Shown: positions 9,983-20,411 of the stretch, one piece after another | Position numbering within the stretch: position 1 is the first letter of the stretch | How the letters are laid out: the number at the start of each line of letters is the position of its first letter | Assembly (NCBI GenBank): GCA_946553095.1 | Contig: CAMNRN010000002.1 | Location: 1 to 52,633, forward strand | Direction of reading: 5' to 3' | Length of the DNA stretch: 52,633 nucleotides | Source of the DNA: an uncultured Mycoplasmatota bacterium | Lineage (GTDB): Bacteria; Bacillota_I; Bacilli_A; RF39; UBA660 | Notes under the pieces: generated by a model | What the model was told of the DNA's origin: nothing | What the model saw: only the letters and a program-made list of their open reading frames with translations | Databases searched by the model: none | Translations under genes and position numbers: made by a program

Positions 9983-10522
9983 ATGTTAAAGATAACTATA
10001 CCTGGTAGAGAAATGTTCAATGAGAAAACTCAGGAATTTTTTTATACGAAAGAGTATACTCTTCAATTAGAACATTCTCTTGTGTCTGTTTCAAAATGGG
10101 AATCCAAATGGAATAAACCGTTTCTAGGTAAACAAGCAAAAACTATCGAAGAAACAATTGACTATATCCGATGTATGACTATTACACAGAATATTAGTCC
10201 CGATGTATATAATAATTTGACTCAAGAGAATATTGATGAGATTAATAAATACATCGATGCTCCTATGACAGCTACAACATTTTCTAATAATAAAGGTAAA
10301 ATTAATAATGAAGTTATTACTTCTGAATTGATTTACTATTGGATGACAGCACTTAATATTCCAATGGAAGCTCAAAAGTGGCATCTCAATAGATTGTTAA
10401 CTTTGATCCGAGTATGTAATGTTAAGAGTCAACCTGGTAAGAAAATGTCTAAACGAGAGTTAATGCAACGTAACGCATCACTTAATGCTGCTCGTAGGGC
10501 TAAATTAAATTCCAAGGGTTAA
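9983..10522 (+). CDS. Second tail assembly chaperone-like protein
   Basis: AAGGAGG RBS; TSELIYYWM...WHLNRLLTLI; synteny. Confidence 0.55.
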   Translation: MLKITIPGREMFNEKTQEFFYTKEYTLQLEHSLVSVSKWESKWNKPFLGKQAKTIEETIDYIRCMTITQNISPDVYNNLTQENIDEINKYIDAPMTATTFSNNKGKINNEVITSELIYYWMTALNIPMEAQKWHLNRLLTLIRVCNVKSQPGKKMSKRELMQRNASLNAARRAKLNSKG

Positions 10523-10535
10523 TGGGTAGAGTAAA

Positions 10536-10623
10536 TTAAGTTAGTTATTACACTAACTTAAAGAAGCATATTATGTCCAGTCACCCCGGATACATAGTGT
10601 GTTTCTTTAAATTAATGTAATAA
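10536..10623 (+). promoter_or_regulatory. Intergenic structured element with two mutually exclusive hairpins
   Basis: Perfect 10-bp stem 10536-10545/10552-10561 overlaps an approx. 32-bp imperfect stem 10545-10623. Confidence 0.6.
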
Positions 10624-10640
10624 GAAAGAGGCGATGAACG

Positions 10641-11015
10641 TTGATTACAATAAGACAAAGAGGCGATTTTAAGAATTTAACATCGTTTCTTGAGCGCTCT
10701 AAAGAAGCGTTTAACTTGGGCATATTAGATAAATATGGGAGACAAGGTGTCGCCGCTTTAAAGGCATCTACACCAAAAGACACAGGAAAGACGGCTGATT
10801 CTTGGTATTATAGAATAAACAGAAATAATGGTACGGTGTCATTATCCTTTCATAATTCTAATGTGAATAAAGGTGTTCCAATAGCAATCATATTACAATA
10901 TGGTCATGCTACAGGAAATGGGGGATATGTTGAAGGAGTGGATTATATAAATCCAGCTCTACAACCAGTATTCCAAAAACTTGCCGACGAGGCATGGAAG
11001 GAGGTTAAGAAATAA
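10641..11015 (+). CDS. HK97 gp10-like tail component
   Basis: TP.DTG.TA.SW and LQYGH motifs; TTG start after AAGAGG. Confidence 0.7.
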   Translation: MITIRQRGDFKNLTSFLERSKEAFNLGILDKYGRQGVAALKASTPKDTGKTADSWYYRINRNNGTVSLSFHNSNVNKGVPIAIILQYGHATGNGGYVEGVDYINPALQPVFQKLADEAWKEVKK

Positions 11016-14000
11016 TGGCTACTACAATAGATCAAAAAGTAGTTGAGATGAAGTTTGATAATAAAGATTTTGAAAGAAATACAAGACAAACAATGTCCAC
11101 TCTTGATAAACTTAAAGCTAAACTTCATTTTAAAGGTGCTTCTAATGGATTAGAGGAAGTTGGTAAAGCTGCTAGAAAAGTTAATATGAATGGTCTAGCC
11201 GATAGTATACAAACTGTAAGTGCTAAATTTAGTGCTATGGAAATTATCGGTACAACAGCGTTGGTTAATATAACTAATAGCGCGGTTAATGCTGGTAAAC
11301 GAATGGTTTCATCTATAAGTTTCGATCAGATAGCTTCTGGTTGGAATAAGATGGGTCAACAGATGTCATCTATGCAAACTCTAATGAATTCTACAGGTAA
11401 AGGTATAGAAGAAATCGAAGGATACTTAGACGAGTTAATGTGGTATTCAGATGAAACTTCATATAGCTTTACTGATATGACAGCTGCATTAGCAAACATG
11501 ACAGCTACTGGAGGTCAAATAGAGAAGTTAGTACCTATGATTATGGGTATGGCTAATGCTACTGCTTATGCTGGTAAGGGTGCGGCTGAATTTAGTAGAG
11601 TTATCTATAACTTAAACCAATCTTATGGTGGTGGATACTTAACTTTAATGGACTGGAAATCTGTTAAGTTGGCAGGAGCAAATTCTAAACAATTAACAGA
11701 ATCATTAATTCATTGGGGTGAAGCGTTAGGAACTATTAAGAAAGGTCAAGTTTCAATTGCAAATTTTGACGATACTTTAAAAGATAAATGGGTAACAACT
11801 CAAGTAATGGAAAAAGCATTTGGAGAATTTGCCGATTTTACTTTAAAGGTTAAGGAAGCAGTTGATTCTGGTAAATATGATACAGCTTCAGAAGCAATTG
11901 ATGCTTTAGCTGGAGGTTATGAAGGAATAAGTAAGGACGCATTTAAAGCCGCACAAGAAGCAAAAAGTTTTTCGGAAGCGATTGATGCAACCAAAGATGC
12001 AGTTTCTTCTAAGTGGATGCAAGTATTTAAAACTATATTTGGTAATTATAATGAACAAAGACAGTTATGGACTGATTTAGCTAATAGTTTATGGGAAATA
12101 TTTGCTGAACCAGTTGAAAAGCTAAATTCGTATTTACAGAAAGCTTTAGGATTTACCGCTATTAAAGAAGTGTGGGATAAAATTAATAATAATCCTATGA
12201 TCCAAGCTATTAAAGAAGTAGATGGAGCTATAAAGAAAAGCTCTAGATCATTAGAAGAATATCAAGCTATAGTTAAAAAAGTATGGCGAGGAGATTTCAA
12301 TAATAGAGGAGATAATCCAGATAGATTTGATTTGCTATCACAAGCTGGATGGGATCCTAGAGTTGTTCAATCGTTGGTTAACAAAACTGATGAAATGGCA
12401 GGACACGGAAAAGGTTGGACTGTAATTGACAAATTAACAATTGATGATGTAACAGCTGCAGAACAGAAATATGGTATTCAAGTTGATAAGACAACCATGT
12501 CTGTAAAAGAACAGCAAAAAGCTCAAAAAGCTTTAGATAAATTAACAGATGATTATTTAAGAGATACCTGTGATTTAACAGAAACTCAAATAGAATTATA
12601 TCATGATTTGGTTGCTGCTTCTCGTAAGTATGGAATTTCTATTGATGAAATAATTAAGAAAATGGAAACAACTAATGGTCGCCAACATTTAGAAGGTTCT
12701 TGGAGAGAAATAGGTACAATAATTAAAGAAACTTTAGGTGCTATAGGCAAGGCATTTGGAGAAGTATTTCATTTCAATCCAATTAATTTATATTTATCAT
12801 TAGAAAAATTACATGAAAAATTAATTCATATAAGAGAAGTCTTAATCGGTAAATGGATCGAAAAAGATGGCGAAAAGGTAATGGAATATTCTAAACATTA
12901 TCAAAATCTTGTTGATACTCTTAAAGGATTTATATCTATACTTAAATTAGCAGGAACGATTGTTGGTGGAGGATTTAAAATTGCTTTAACAATAGTTAAT
13001 ACAATTCTTAAAACTTTCGGTTTAACAGTATTAGATGTAACAGGGGCAATAGGTAATGTTGTAAGTGAACTTGTTGCTTGGATAGAAGAAAATGAATTTA
13101 TATTAAAAGGTATCCAATGGCTTGTAACAACATTGATGGGCGGTCTAAGTAAATTATGGGATTGGGCTGACGCACAATGGGGTGTAAATAAAGCCGTTAA
13201 AGCATTTTTATCAATATTAAAAAGTGGAAAGAACGGTCTTAAAACATGGATCGAAGGTCTTATGGCTGCTGATGATGTTGGAGAATACTTAGCAGATACT
13301 TTTGGTAAAATACCAGCAAAAGTAAAAGAATTATGGAATGCATTTAAACAAACCAAAATAGGTCAAGTTATACTTGGTTGGTGGGACGCTATAAAGAAAT
13401 CTGATTTCGGAAAAGCTATAGCTGGATGGATTAATGATCTTAAAAACCTAGATTTTATTCAGGATTTAAAGAATTATTTTAATTCATTTGATACTGGTTC
13501 TATAGGAAAAAATATAATGCTTGGTCTATGGGAAGGTATTAAAAAATATGGTAAGATAGCAGTCGATGGAATTAAGAATTTTGGTTTATGGTTGCTTGAA
13601 GGAATAAAGAAGGTATTAGGTATTCATTCACCTTCTGTTGAATTCTTTGAAATTGGTAAGAATATAGTTCTTGGTTTATTCAATGGTATTAAATCTATTA
13701 TTGGAATGGTTTATACACTAATAACAACGGTTGGCGGAAAGATAATAGAGATAATAAAAGATTTTGATATCGGTTCGGTTTTTGTAGCATTAGTTAGTGC
13801 TGGAGCCATATTCGGTTTAGTGAAATTAGCTCAAGCGTTAAACATATTAGCTGGTGGATTACAAAATATAAATGCTGTTATTGGAGAATTTGCTGGTGTA
13901 TTGAAAGCATTTAAGAGCGTATTAAAAGCATTTAAAGTTAAATTAATAACTTCTGCCATGAAAGATTTTGCAATATCAGTTGCAATATTAACGGCGTCAA

Positions 14001-17000
14001 TCTTTGTGTTAACAAAATTAGATGTAGGTCAAGTTTTTACAGCAATAGGTGCAATAGCTGCTCTTGCTGTAGTAATGGGAGTATTAATTGCTTGTGCTGG
14101 AAGATTTGGAAAAGGTGAAGGTCTTAAATTTGGTAAATTAGCATTAACTATATTGGCTGTTGGTGTTGCTATGGGTCTTATGGCTTCAGCTTTAAAGAAA
14201 ATAGCAAGTATAGAAAACGTATCATGGCAAGCATTAACAATATTTGGCTCTATGTTGTTAACTTTAATAGCAATAGCAATACTATCTGGAAGGAATAGTG
14301 CTAAAATATTAGAGTTAAGTGGAACAATGGTCGGCATTGGTGTTGCTATATATTTAATGGCTAAAGCAGTAAAAGGTCTTAAAGATTTATCACGGGGAGA
14401 GATAGCTAGAGGTATAATATCCCTTGGTGGATTTATGGTAATGATTGGTATATTAGCTTTATGTACAAAGAAAATATCTAAAAGTCAAAATATAGACAAA
14501 TTTGCTAATATGCTATTAAAAGTTGGCGTAGCTTTTTATATGATGGCTGTGGTAACTAAGAAATTAGGTAGAATGGATCCTGGCGAATTAAAACAAGGTA
14601 AAAATGCTTTGTGGTCATTTGTTGGTATGATTTCCGTTCTTATGGTTGCGACTAGAATGCTTACTGGTAGTAAAAATGTTGCTGCTATAGGCTCTACTCT
14701 TGCTGCTGTTGGTGGCGCTATTTTCATGATGGGATTGACTACTAAATTACTTGGTGGTATGGATGTTGGTCAATTAAAAAAAGGCGGAATAGCTGTTACA
14801 GCATTTGTTGGTATAATAATTGGACTTATATATGCAATAAAGAAAATAGGCGGAAAAGATATTAACAATATAAATAAGACACTATTAGGTGTTGCCGCTT
14901 GTATAGGTGTGATGGCATTAACTACTGCATTGTTAGGTTTAATGGACATTACAAAATTAGCTATAGGAATAGGTGCGGTTGGTATATTAACATCCTTTAT
15001 AAAAAAACTTATAAAGGCTACAGAAAATGCTAGAAATGTTGGTAAAGGTCTATGGCCTATAGTTACAGCAATAGGCGTATTAGCTTTAGCTGTCGGTATA
15101 TTATCGCTATTGGATCCTATACGTTTAATCGCTCCAACAATAGCTATGGGATTGCTAATGGGTGTATTCTCTATAATGATCAAAATGGCTAAAGATATAG
15201 GTGGTCAAAAAGGCGTATTTAAAAACATCATGATGATGACTATATTAGTTGGATTGATTGGTGGATTAATATTTGCATTATCATTTATTAATATAAAAGA
15301 TCAATTAGGTGTTGTTGCTTCTATATCATTATTGTTGTTAGCTTTAGCCGGAGCAGTAACAATGCTTGGTAAGGTTAAAATAAACCCAAAAGATTTACTA
15401 GTTGGAATTGTTGGTATGGTCGCAATAATTTTAGCATTAATACCTTTATTGGCCGTAGTTGGTGTATTATCATTATTTGGTAATGCTGCGCCTACATTAC
15501 TTGCTTTATCTGTATTCCTTGGTGCTCTAACTGTTATGCTATTGGGAATAGCTGCTGTCGGTGCAATTTATACTGCTACTGGCGGAATGGCTATGCTTGG
15601 TATAGTAGGAGTATATGCCTTAATACCAGCATTAATACAATTAATGACCGGTGTTGTAGCATTAGTAGCACTTTTAAGTATAATACCAAATGCGATGCAA
15701 GGTTTCGTTATGTTATCATCAATGTTTGGTGTTTTAACAGCAATGTTATTAGTATTGGCATTAGTTGGTCCTATGGCTTTGGTTGGAGTAACCGCTCTTG
15801 GATCATTAATAGGTTTAATGGTCCCATTAATGTTATTCTGTACATTGATTGGAGCTTTGGTTACTTATATACCAGCTCTTGAAGAATTTATGAATAAAGG
15901 CCTTGGTCTTTTAATAACACTTGCTGGTGGTCTTGGTCAAATGATCGGAGCGTTTGTTAGTGGAATAATGACACAAATATCTGGTTCACTACCACAAATA
16001 GGTAAAGATTTATCACAATTTATGATGAACGTTATGCCATTTGTAATGGGTGCAAAACTAGTTGATGGTAAAGTATTAAAAGGAGTAAGTATTCTTACAC
16101 TAGCTATACTAGAATTATCTGCAGCTAGTTTAATCCGAGGTATAACAAATTTATTACCATTATGTCCAAGTATGGCTCAAATGGGTAAAGACTTATCGCA
16201 ATTCATGTCATACGCATTACCATTTATAATGGGGGCTAAGATGATAGATCAAAGTATTGCTACTGGTATAAAAGCCTTGGCAAGTGCTATGTTATCATTA
16301 ACCGCTGCCGAATTATTGAATGGTCTTGCTGGTTTCTTAGGACAACAAGCATCATTAGATGAGTTTGGTAGACAATTACCTGGTTTAGGAACAGGTCTTG
16401 CTGGGTTTGTTAAGGAACTTGGTGAGTTCTCGGAAGCTCAAGTAACTACTGTTGAATGTGCTGGTACAGCTGTTGAAAAATTAGCTGACACAGCTAAGAA
16501 ATTACCTCCTGAAGGTGGAGTATGGGAAGCTTTAGCTGGCAAAAGTAGCCTAGCTGAATTCTCTAATTCATTACCAAATGTTGCTAAAGGTATTGTTGGG
16601 TTTGTCAAAGAACTTGGAGAGTTTAGCGATCCTCAAATAAAAACAACAGAATGTGCTTGTAAAGCTTTAGAAGCATTAGCTGACGTAACTAAAAAATTAC
16701 CTGAAGAAAAGGGATTCTGGCAAAAATTAGCTGGAGAACAAAGTTTAAAAGCCTTTGCTTATAATTTACCAGAGGTTGCTAAAGGTATTGTCGGATTCGT
16801 TAATAAATTAGGAAATTTTGGTGATAAGACAAAATGCGTTGAAGCTGCTGGAAATGTTATTAATGGTTTAGCTGAATTAGCAAAGCAAGATCTTAAAAAG
16901 GCTAGTGAAAATCTTCCAGCATTTGGAGACAAAGCTAATCAATTCGGCGATAAATTAAAAACATTTATCGATAAATTTAAAGATGTTAGTGAATCAGATG

Positions 17001-17788
17001 CTAAGAACACAACCGGAGTAATAGCTATAGTGGCTGAGGCAGCTAAGACTATGATTGAAAAGATTAAATCTACATTTAATGAAAATGCAGATGGGGTTAT
17101 AACTAGTGTTTCTGATGTAGCTAATAAAGCTGCTGATGCATTAGGTTCAGATAGCGTTTTAAATAAAGTAAAAGACAAAGCTAAAAACTTTGTTCAAGGT
17201 TTTGCTAATGGTATAACAGAAAATCAAAATCTAGCAACTTATGCTGCCGAACAACTTTCTAAGAAGGCTTTGATACAGATGGATAAGACCCTTGATGAGC
17301 ATTCACCTTCTAGAGAAACACACAAACAAGGTGCTTTCTTTGGTGAAGGATTTGTTATGGGTATTAATGAATATCAAAGTAAGGTTTATAAAGTTAGTGA
17401 AAATGTTGGTAATGAAGCTAAAAGAGGTCTTTCAGCTGCAGTTGCTAAAATTTCAAATCTTATGGAAACCGACATGGATGTTAATCCTACAATAAGACCA
17501 GTTCTTGATCTAAGCGAAATTAGTGATGGCGCTGGTTACATAAATTCTATGTTTGGAAATCCATCATTACAATTAGCATCTAATTTAAATTCTATTAGTT
17601 CTGGAATGAAATCAAGAATTCAAAATGGAAATTCAGATGTAGTTTCAGCTATAGATAAATTAGGTAAAAATTTAGGAAATGGTGGTAACACATATAATTT
17701 AGGTAATGTATCATATAGTGATGACAGCACTATCGGTAAAGCTGTACAAGAACTTGTAAGAGCGATCGAAGTTGAAAGGAGAGTGTAA
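11015..17788 (+). CDS. Tape measure protein
   Basis: 2257 aa, Ala/Gly-rich helical, N-terminal tape-measure domain, IHSPS and EHSPS motifs, hydrophobic segments, internal repeats. Confidence 0.95.
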   Translation: MATTIDQKVVEMKFDNKDFERNTRQTMSTLDKLKAKLHFKGASNGLEEVGKAARKVNMNGLADSIQTVSAKFSAMEIIGTTALVNITNSAVNAGKRMVSSISFDQIASGWNKMGQQMSSMQTLMNSTGKGIEEIEGYLDELMWYSDETSYSFTDMTAALANMTATGGQIEKLVPMIMGMANATAYAGKGAAEFSRVIYNLNQSYGGGYLTLMDWKSVKLAGANSKQLTESLIHWGEALGTIKKGQVSIANFDDTLKDKWVTTQVMEKAFGEFADFTLKVKEAVDSGKYDTASEAIDALAGGYEGISKDAFKAAQEAKSFSEAIDATKDAVSSKWMQVFKTIFGNYNEQRQLWTDLANSLWEIFAEPVEKLNSYLQKALGFTAIKEVWDKINNNPMIQAIKEVDGAIKKSSRSLEEYQAIVKKVWRGDFNNRGDNPDRFDLLSQAGWDPRVVQSLVNKTDEMAGHGKGWTVIDKLTIDDVTAAEQKYGIQVDKTTMSVKEQQKAQKALDKLTDDYLRDTCDLTETQIELYHDLVAASRKYGISIDEIIKKMETTNGRQHLEGSWREIGTIIKETLGAIGKAFGEVFHFNPINLYLSLEKLHEKLIHIREVLIGKWIEKDGEKVMEYSKHYQNLVDTLKGFISILKLAGTIVGGGFKIALTIVNTILKTFGLTVLDVTGAIGNVVSELVAWIEENEFILKGIQWLVTTLMGGLSKLWDWADAQWGVNKAVKAFLSILKSGKNGLKTWIEGLMAADDVGEYLADTFGKIPAKVKELWNAFKQTKIGQVILGWWDAIKKSDFGKAIAGWINDLKNLDFIQDLKNYFNSFDTGSIGKNIMLGLWEGIKKYGKIAVDGIKNFGLWLLEGIKKVLGIHSPSVEFFEIGKNIVLGLFNGIKSIIGMVYTLITTVGGKIIEIIKDFDIGSVFVALVSAGAIFGLVKLAQALNILAGGLQNINAVIGEFAGVLKAFKSVLKAFKVKLITSAMKDFAISVAILTASIFVLTKLDVGQVFTAIGAIAALAVVMGVLIACAGRFGKGEGLKFGKLALTILAVGVAMGLMASALKKIASIENVSWQALTIFGSMLLTLIAIAILSGRNSAKILELSGTMVGIGVAIYLMAKAVKGLKDLSRGEIARGIISLGGFMVMIGILALCTKKISKSQNIDKFANMLLKVGVAFYMMAVVTKKLGRMDPGELKQGKNALWSFVGMISVLMVATRMLTGSKNVAAIGSTLAAVGGAIFMMGLTTKLLGGMDVGQLKKGGIAVTAFVGIIIGLIYAIKKIGGKDINNINKTLLGVAACIGVMALTTALLGLMDITKLAIGIGAVGILTSFIKKLIKATENARNVGKGLWPIVTAIGVLALAVGILSLLDPIRLIAPTIAMGLLMGVFSIMIKMAKDIGGQKGVFKNIMMMTILVGLIGGLIFALSFINIKDQLGVVASISLLLLALAGAVTMLGKVKINPKDLLVGIVGMVAIILALIPLLAVVGVLSLFGNAAPTLLALSVFLGALTVMLLGIAAVGAIYTATGGMAMLGIVGVYALIPALIQLMTGVVALVALLSIIPNAMQGFVMLSSMFGVLTAMLLVLALVGPMALVGVTALGSLIGLMVPLMLFCTLIGALVTYIPALEEFMNKGLGLLITLAGGLGQMIGAFVSGIMTQISGSLPQIGKDLSQFMMNVMPFVMGAKLVDGKVLKGVSILTLAILELSAASLIRGITNLLPLCPSMAQMGKDLSQFMSYALPFIMGAKMIDQSIATGIKALASAMLSLTAAELLNGLAGFLGQQASLDEFGRQLPGLGTGLAGFVKELGEFSEAQVTTVECAGTAVEKLADTAKKLPPEGGVWEALAGKSSLAEFSNSLPNVAKGIVGFVKELGEFSDPQIKTTECACKALEALADVTKKLPEEKGFWQKLAGEQSLKAFAYNLPEVAKGIVGFVNKLGNFGDKTKCVEAAGNVINGLAELAKQDLKKASENLPAFGDKANQFGDKLKTFIDKFKDVSESDAKNTTGVIAIVAEAAKTMIEKIKSTFNENADGVITSVSDVANKAADALGSDSVLNKVKDKAKNFVQGFANGITENQNLATYAAEQLSKKALIQMDKTLDEHSPSRETHKQGAFFGEGFVMGINEYQSKVYKVSENVGNEAKRGLSAAVAKISNLMETDMDVNPTIRPVLDLSEISDGAGYINSMFGNPSLQLASNLNSISSGMKSRIQNGNSDVVSAIDKLGKNLGNGGNTYNLGNVSYSDDSTIGKAVQELVRAIEVERRV

Positions 17789-17791
17789 TAT

Positions 17792-20410
17792 ATGGCAATG
17801 GAAGGCGATAAATGGCGTGTTCGGAGAGGCGATTGTCTTTGGAATATTGCTAAAACTGTTTACAAAAATCCATATAAATGGACTCTAATTGCTGATTATA
17901 ATGGTGTAAGTCGTAAAACAGCATTAATATATCCAGGTCAATTATTTACTCTTCCTGGTATAACAGCTGGTACAAATGGAGGAGGAGCGTCTACTCCTGC
18001 TCCAACACCAGTATCAAATAAAGTAACTATACAATGGTGGGCCCTTGATGCTGGTACAGATAAAGACATGTTTTGTACTTGGACATTCAACAGAGAACAT
18101 ACCGCTGGATACAATATAGAAGTATGGTATGATACAGGATCTGGCGGATGGCGAAATCAAGTAAAAGATACTAATACGACATTACAACAATATGGTTTTA
18201 CAGCTAATGCAAGTGCTAAAAAAGTAATGTTGAAAATAAAGCCATACTCAACAACACATAAAGTTGGCAACAATGAAGTCAATTGGTGGACAGATGGACA
18301 ATGGGTCGAAGTTATTTATGACTTTTCTAATAATCCACCGCTTATTCCATCTACACCAACTGTTGTTTTGGATTCAAATACTGGAAAGTTAACTTGTTCG
18401 TTAAGTAATATTTCAGAAGATATTAATGGAAATCAAATAGAATTTGTAGTTTATAAGGATAATACTTATAAATACAAATCTGGTATTGGTAATATTAACG
18501 CTGAGACCAGACATGTTAGTTTTACATTCGATGTTGAACCGGGTGGTTCTTATACAGTAAAATGTAGAGCTATTAGAAATGGGAACATCTATAGTAACTG
18601 GTCTGATTATACAGATTCTATAAAAACTATTCCTTTAGCACCTACTGCTATTACAGAATTAAGACCACAAGTTATAAGCGAACAGGGTAGTAAACAATAT
18701 GGGGTTTATATAGAATGGACTCCTGTTGATACTGCTAAAAATTATGAAATTCAATATACTACAGATCCAACTTACTTTGATGTATCAAGTAATGTTGAAT
18801 CGGTTACTACTGATGAAACTCAAGGTAATAAAATGCTTATTACTGGAATTGAGTTAGGTCATGAGTATTTCTTTAGAGTTAGATCAATAAATGACTCTGG
18901 TAATTCTGGATGGACACCAATTAAATCTACAAAATTAGGAAGTAGACCTTCTGCTCCTACAACTTGGTCTAATACTCAGAATTGTATTACAACAGAGATT
19001 TTAAGACTTTATTGGACACATAATTCTACAGATGGTTCATTAGAATCACTTGCTAGAATACACTTTACAATAACAAATACTATGCATCCAGAACTTCCAC
19101 CAAATGAAATAATAAAAACTATTAGAAACGATAGACCCGAAGAAGATAAAGGTAAAACAAGTGTCTTTGAACTAAATCCTCAAGATTCTAGTTGGGGTTT
19201 ATCTGAAGGTTGTATTATTAAATGGAAGGTTCAAACCGCTGGTGTAGTTGAGGAATATTCCGATTGGTCAATTGAACGCGAAATAAACGTTTATGTTCAA
19301 CCAGAGGTAGCGGTTGATATAAAAAATCAAAATGGACAATCTATGAATGAAGTTAGTTCGTTTCCTTTCTATATCAACGTTCTTGCCACTCCACCATCTC
19401 AAATTCCTATAAGTTATTATGTAGAAATAATAGCTAATCAAGGATATGAAACAGTAGATGATGTTGGTAAACGATTAGTAGTCAATCAAGGAGACAAAGT
19501 ATATCAAAAATACTTTGATCCTACTGATAGTGCATGGGAGTTTATGTTAGAGATGACTCCTGGAAATATAGATCTTATGAGCGGAATAAGTTATACTGTA
19601 AATTGTACAGTAGCAATGAATTCTGGTCTTACAGCATCTAATTCTACAACTTTTGATGTTATATGGAATGATTTATTCTATGAAGTTGGAGCTAATATTA
19701 TTCTAAATAAAGATACTTTAGAAGCAAGTATTAATCCTTATTGTAATGAATTTTACACAGACGAAGCATCTGGAGAAATTTTACCAAAACTTACAGAAAA
19801 TTGTACTTTATCAGTTTATAGAAGAGAATATGATGGATCATTTACTTTAATAGCTGAAGGAATAGATAATAGTGAAAATACGTATGTTATCGATCCTCAC
19901 CCAGCTTTAGACTATGCTCGTTATCGTGTTACAGCTATTAGTAAGGATACTGGATCGATTAGTTTCGGAGACATTAAAGCTGTTAAATTTGGAGAACCAT
20001 CATTGGTAATTCAATGGGCAGAAGAATGGACTAAATTTGAAACTACAAATGAGGAATTAGAAGAACCAGTTTATGCAGGATCAATGATCAAAATTCCTTA
20101 TAATGTAGACATATCAGAAAGTGCTAAAATTGATGTCGAGAAAATTGATTATGTTGGACGTCAACATCCTGTTAGTTACTATGGTACGAAAACTAATGAA
20201 TCATTTACAGGTAATGTGGAAATTCCTAGAGAAGATACTAACCTTATATATGATTTAAGAAGACTTGCTAAGTATGCTGGAGATGTTTACGTACGTGAAC
20301 CTTCTGGTATTGGTTATTGGGCGACTATTACAGTTTCATTTAGTTTGAAACATAATGCTGTAACAGTTCCAGTAACATTTAATATTACACGTGTGGAAGG
20401 AGGAATTTAA
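17792..20410 (+). CDS. Distal tail/baseplate protein with LysM and fibronectin III domains
   Basis: N-terminal VRRGDCLWNIA...LIYPGQ LysM; Fn3 motifs (Y.FRVRSIN..GNSGW); follows TMP. Confidence 0.8.
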   Translation: MAMEGDKWRVRRGDCLWNIAKTVYKNPYKWTLIADYNGVSRKTALIYPGQLFTLPGITAGTNGGGASTPAPTPVSNKVTIQWWALDAGTDKDMFCTWTFNREHTAGYNIEVWYDTGSGGWRNQVKDTNTTLQQYGFTANASAKKVMLKIKPYSTTHKVGNNEVNWWTDGQWVEVIYDFSNNPPLIPSTPTVVLDSNTGKLTCSLSNISEDINGNQIEFVVYKDNTYKYKSGIGNINAETRHVSFTFDVEPGGSYTVKCRAIRNGNIYSNWSDYTDSIKTIPLAPTAITELRPQVISEQGSKQYGVYIEWTPVDTAKNYEIQYTTDPTYFDVSSNVESVTTDETQGNKMLITGIELGHEYFFRVRSINDSGNSGWTPIKSTKLGSRPSAPTTWSNTQNCITTEILRLYWTHNSTDGSLESLARIHFTITNTMHPELPPNEIIKTIRNDRPEEDKGKTSVFELNPQDSSWGLSEGCIIKWKVQTAGVVEEYSDWSIEREINVYVQPEVAVDIKNQNGQSMNEVSSFPFYINVLATPPSQIPISYYVEIIANQGYETVDDVGKRLVVNQGDKVYQKYFDPTDSAWEFMLEMTPGNIDLMSGISYTVNCTVAMNSGLTASNSTTFDVIWNDLFYEVGANIILNKDTLEASINPYCNEFYTDEASGEILPKLTENCTLSVYRREYDGSFTLIAEGIDNSENTYVIDPHPALDYARYRVTAISKDTGSISFGDIKAVKFGEPSLVIQWAEEWTKFETTNEELEEPVYAGSMIKIPYNVDISESAKIDVEKIDYVGRQHPVSYYGTKTNESFTGNVEIPREDTNLIYDLRRLAKYAGDVYVREPSGIGYWATITVSFSLKHNAVTVPVTFNITRVEGGI

Positions 20411-20411
20411 T

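Noticed and set aside
9435-10522. Programmed frameshift joining the two tail chaperone genes
   Set aside because: No convincing slippery heptamer near the first gene's 3' end; second gene has its own strong AAGGAGG RBS
15990-16830. Internal repeats in the tape measure protein (GKDLSQFM, GFVKELGEFS)
   Set aside because: Ordinary tape-measure repeat expansion
12901-17178. Minus-strand ORFs within the tape measure gene (and similar ones in capsid, tail and polymerase genes)
   Set aside because: Antisense shadows of long + strand genes; no RBS or recognisable motifs
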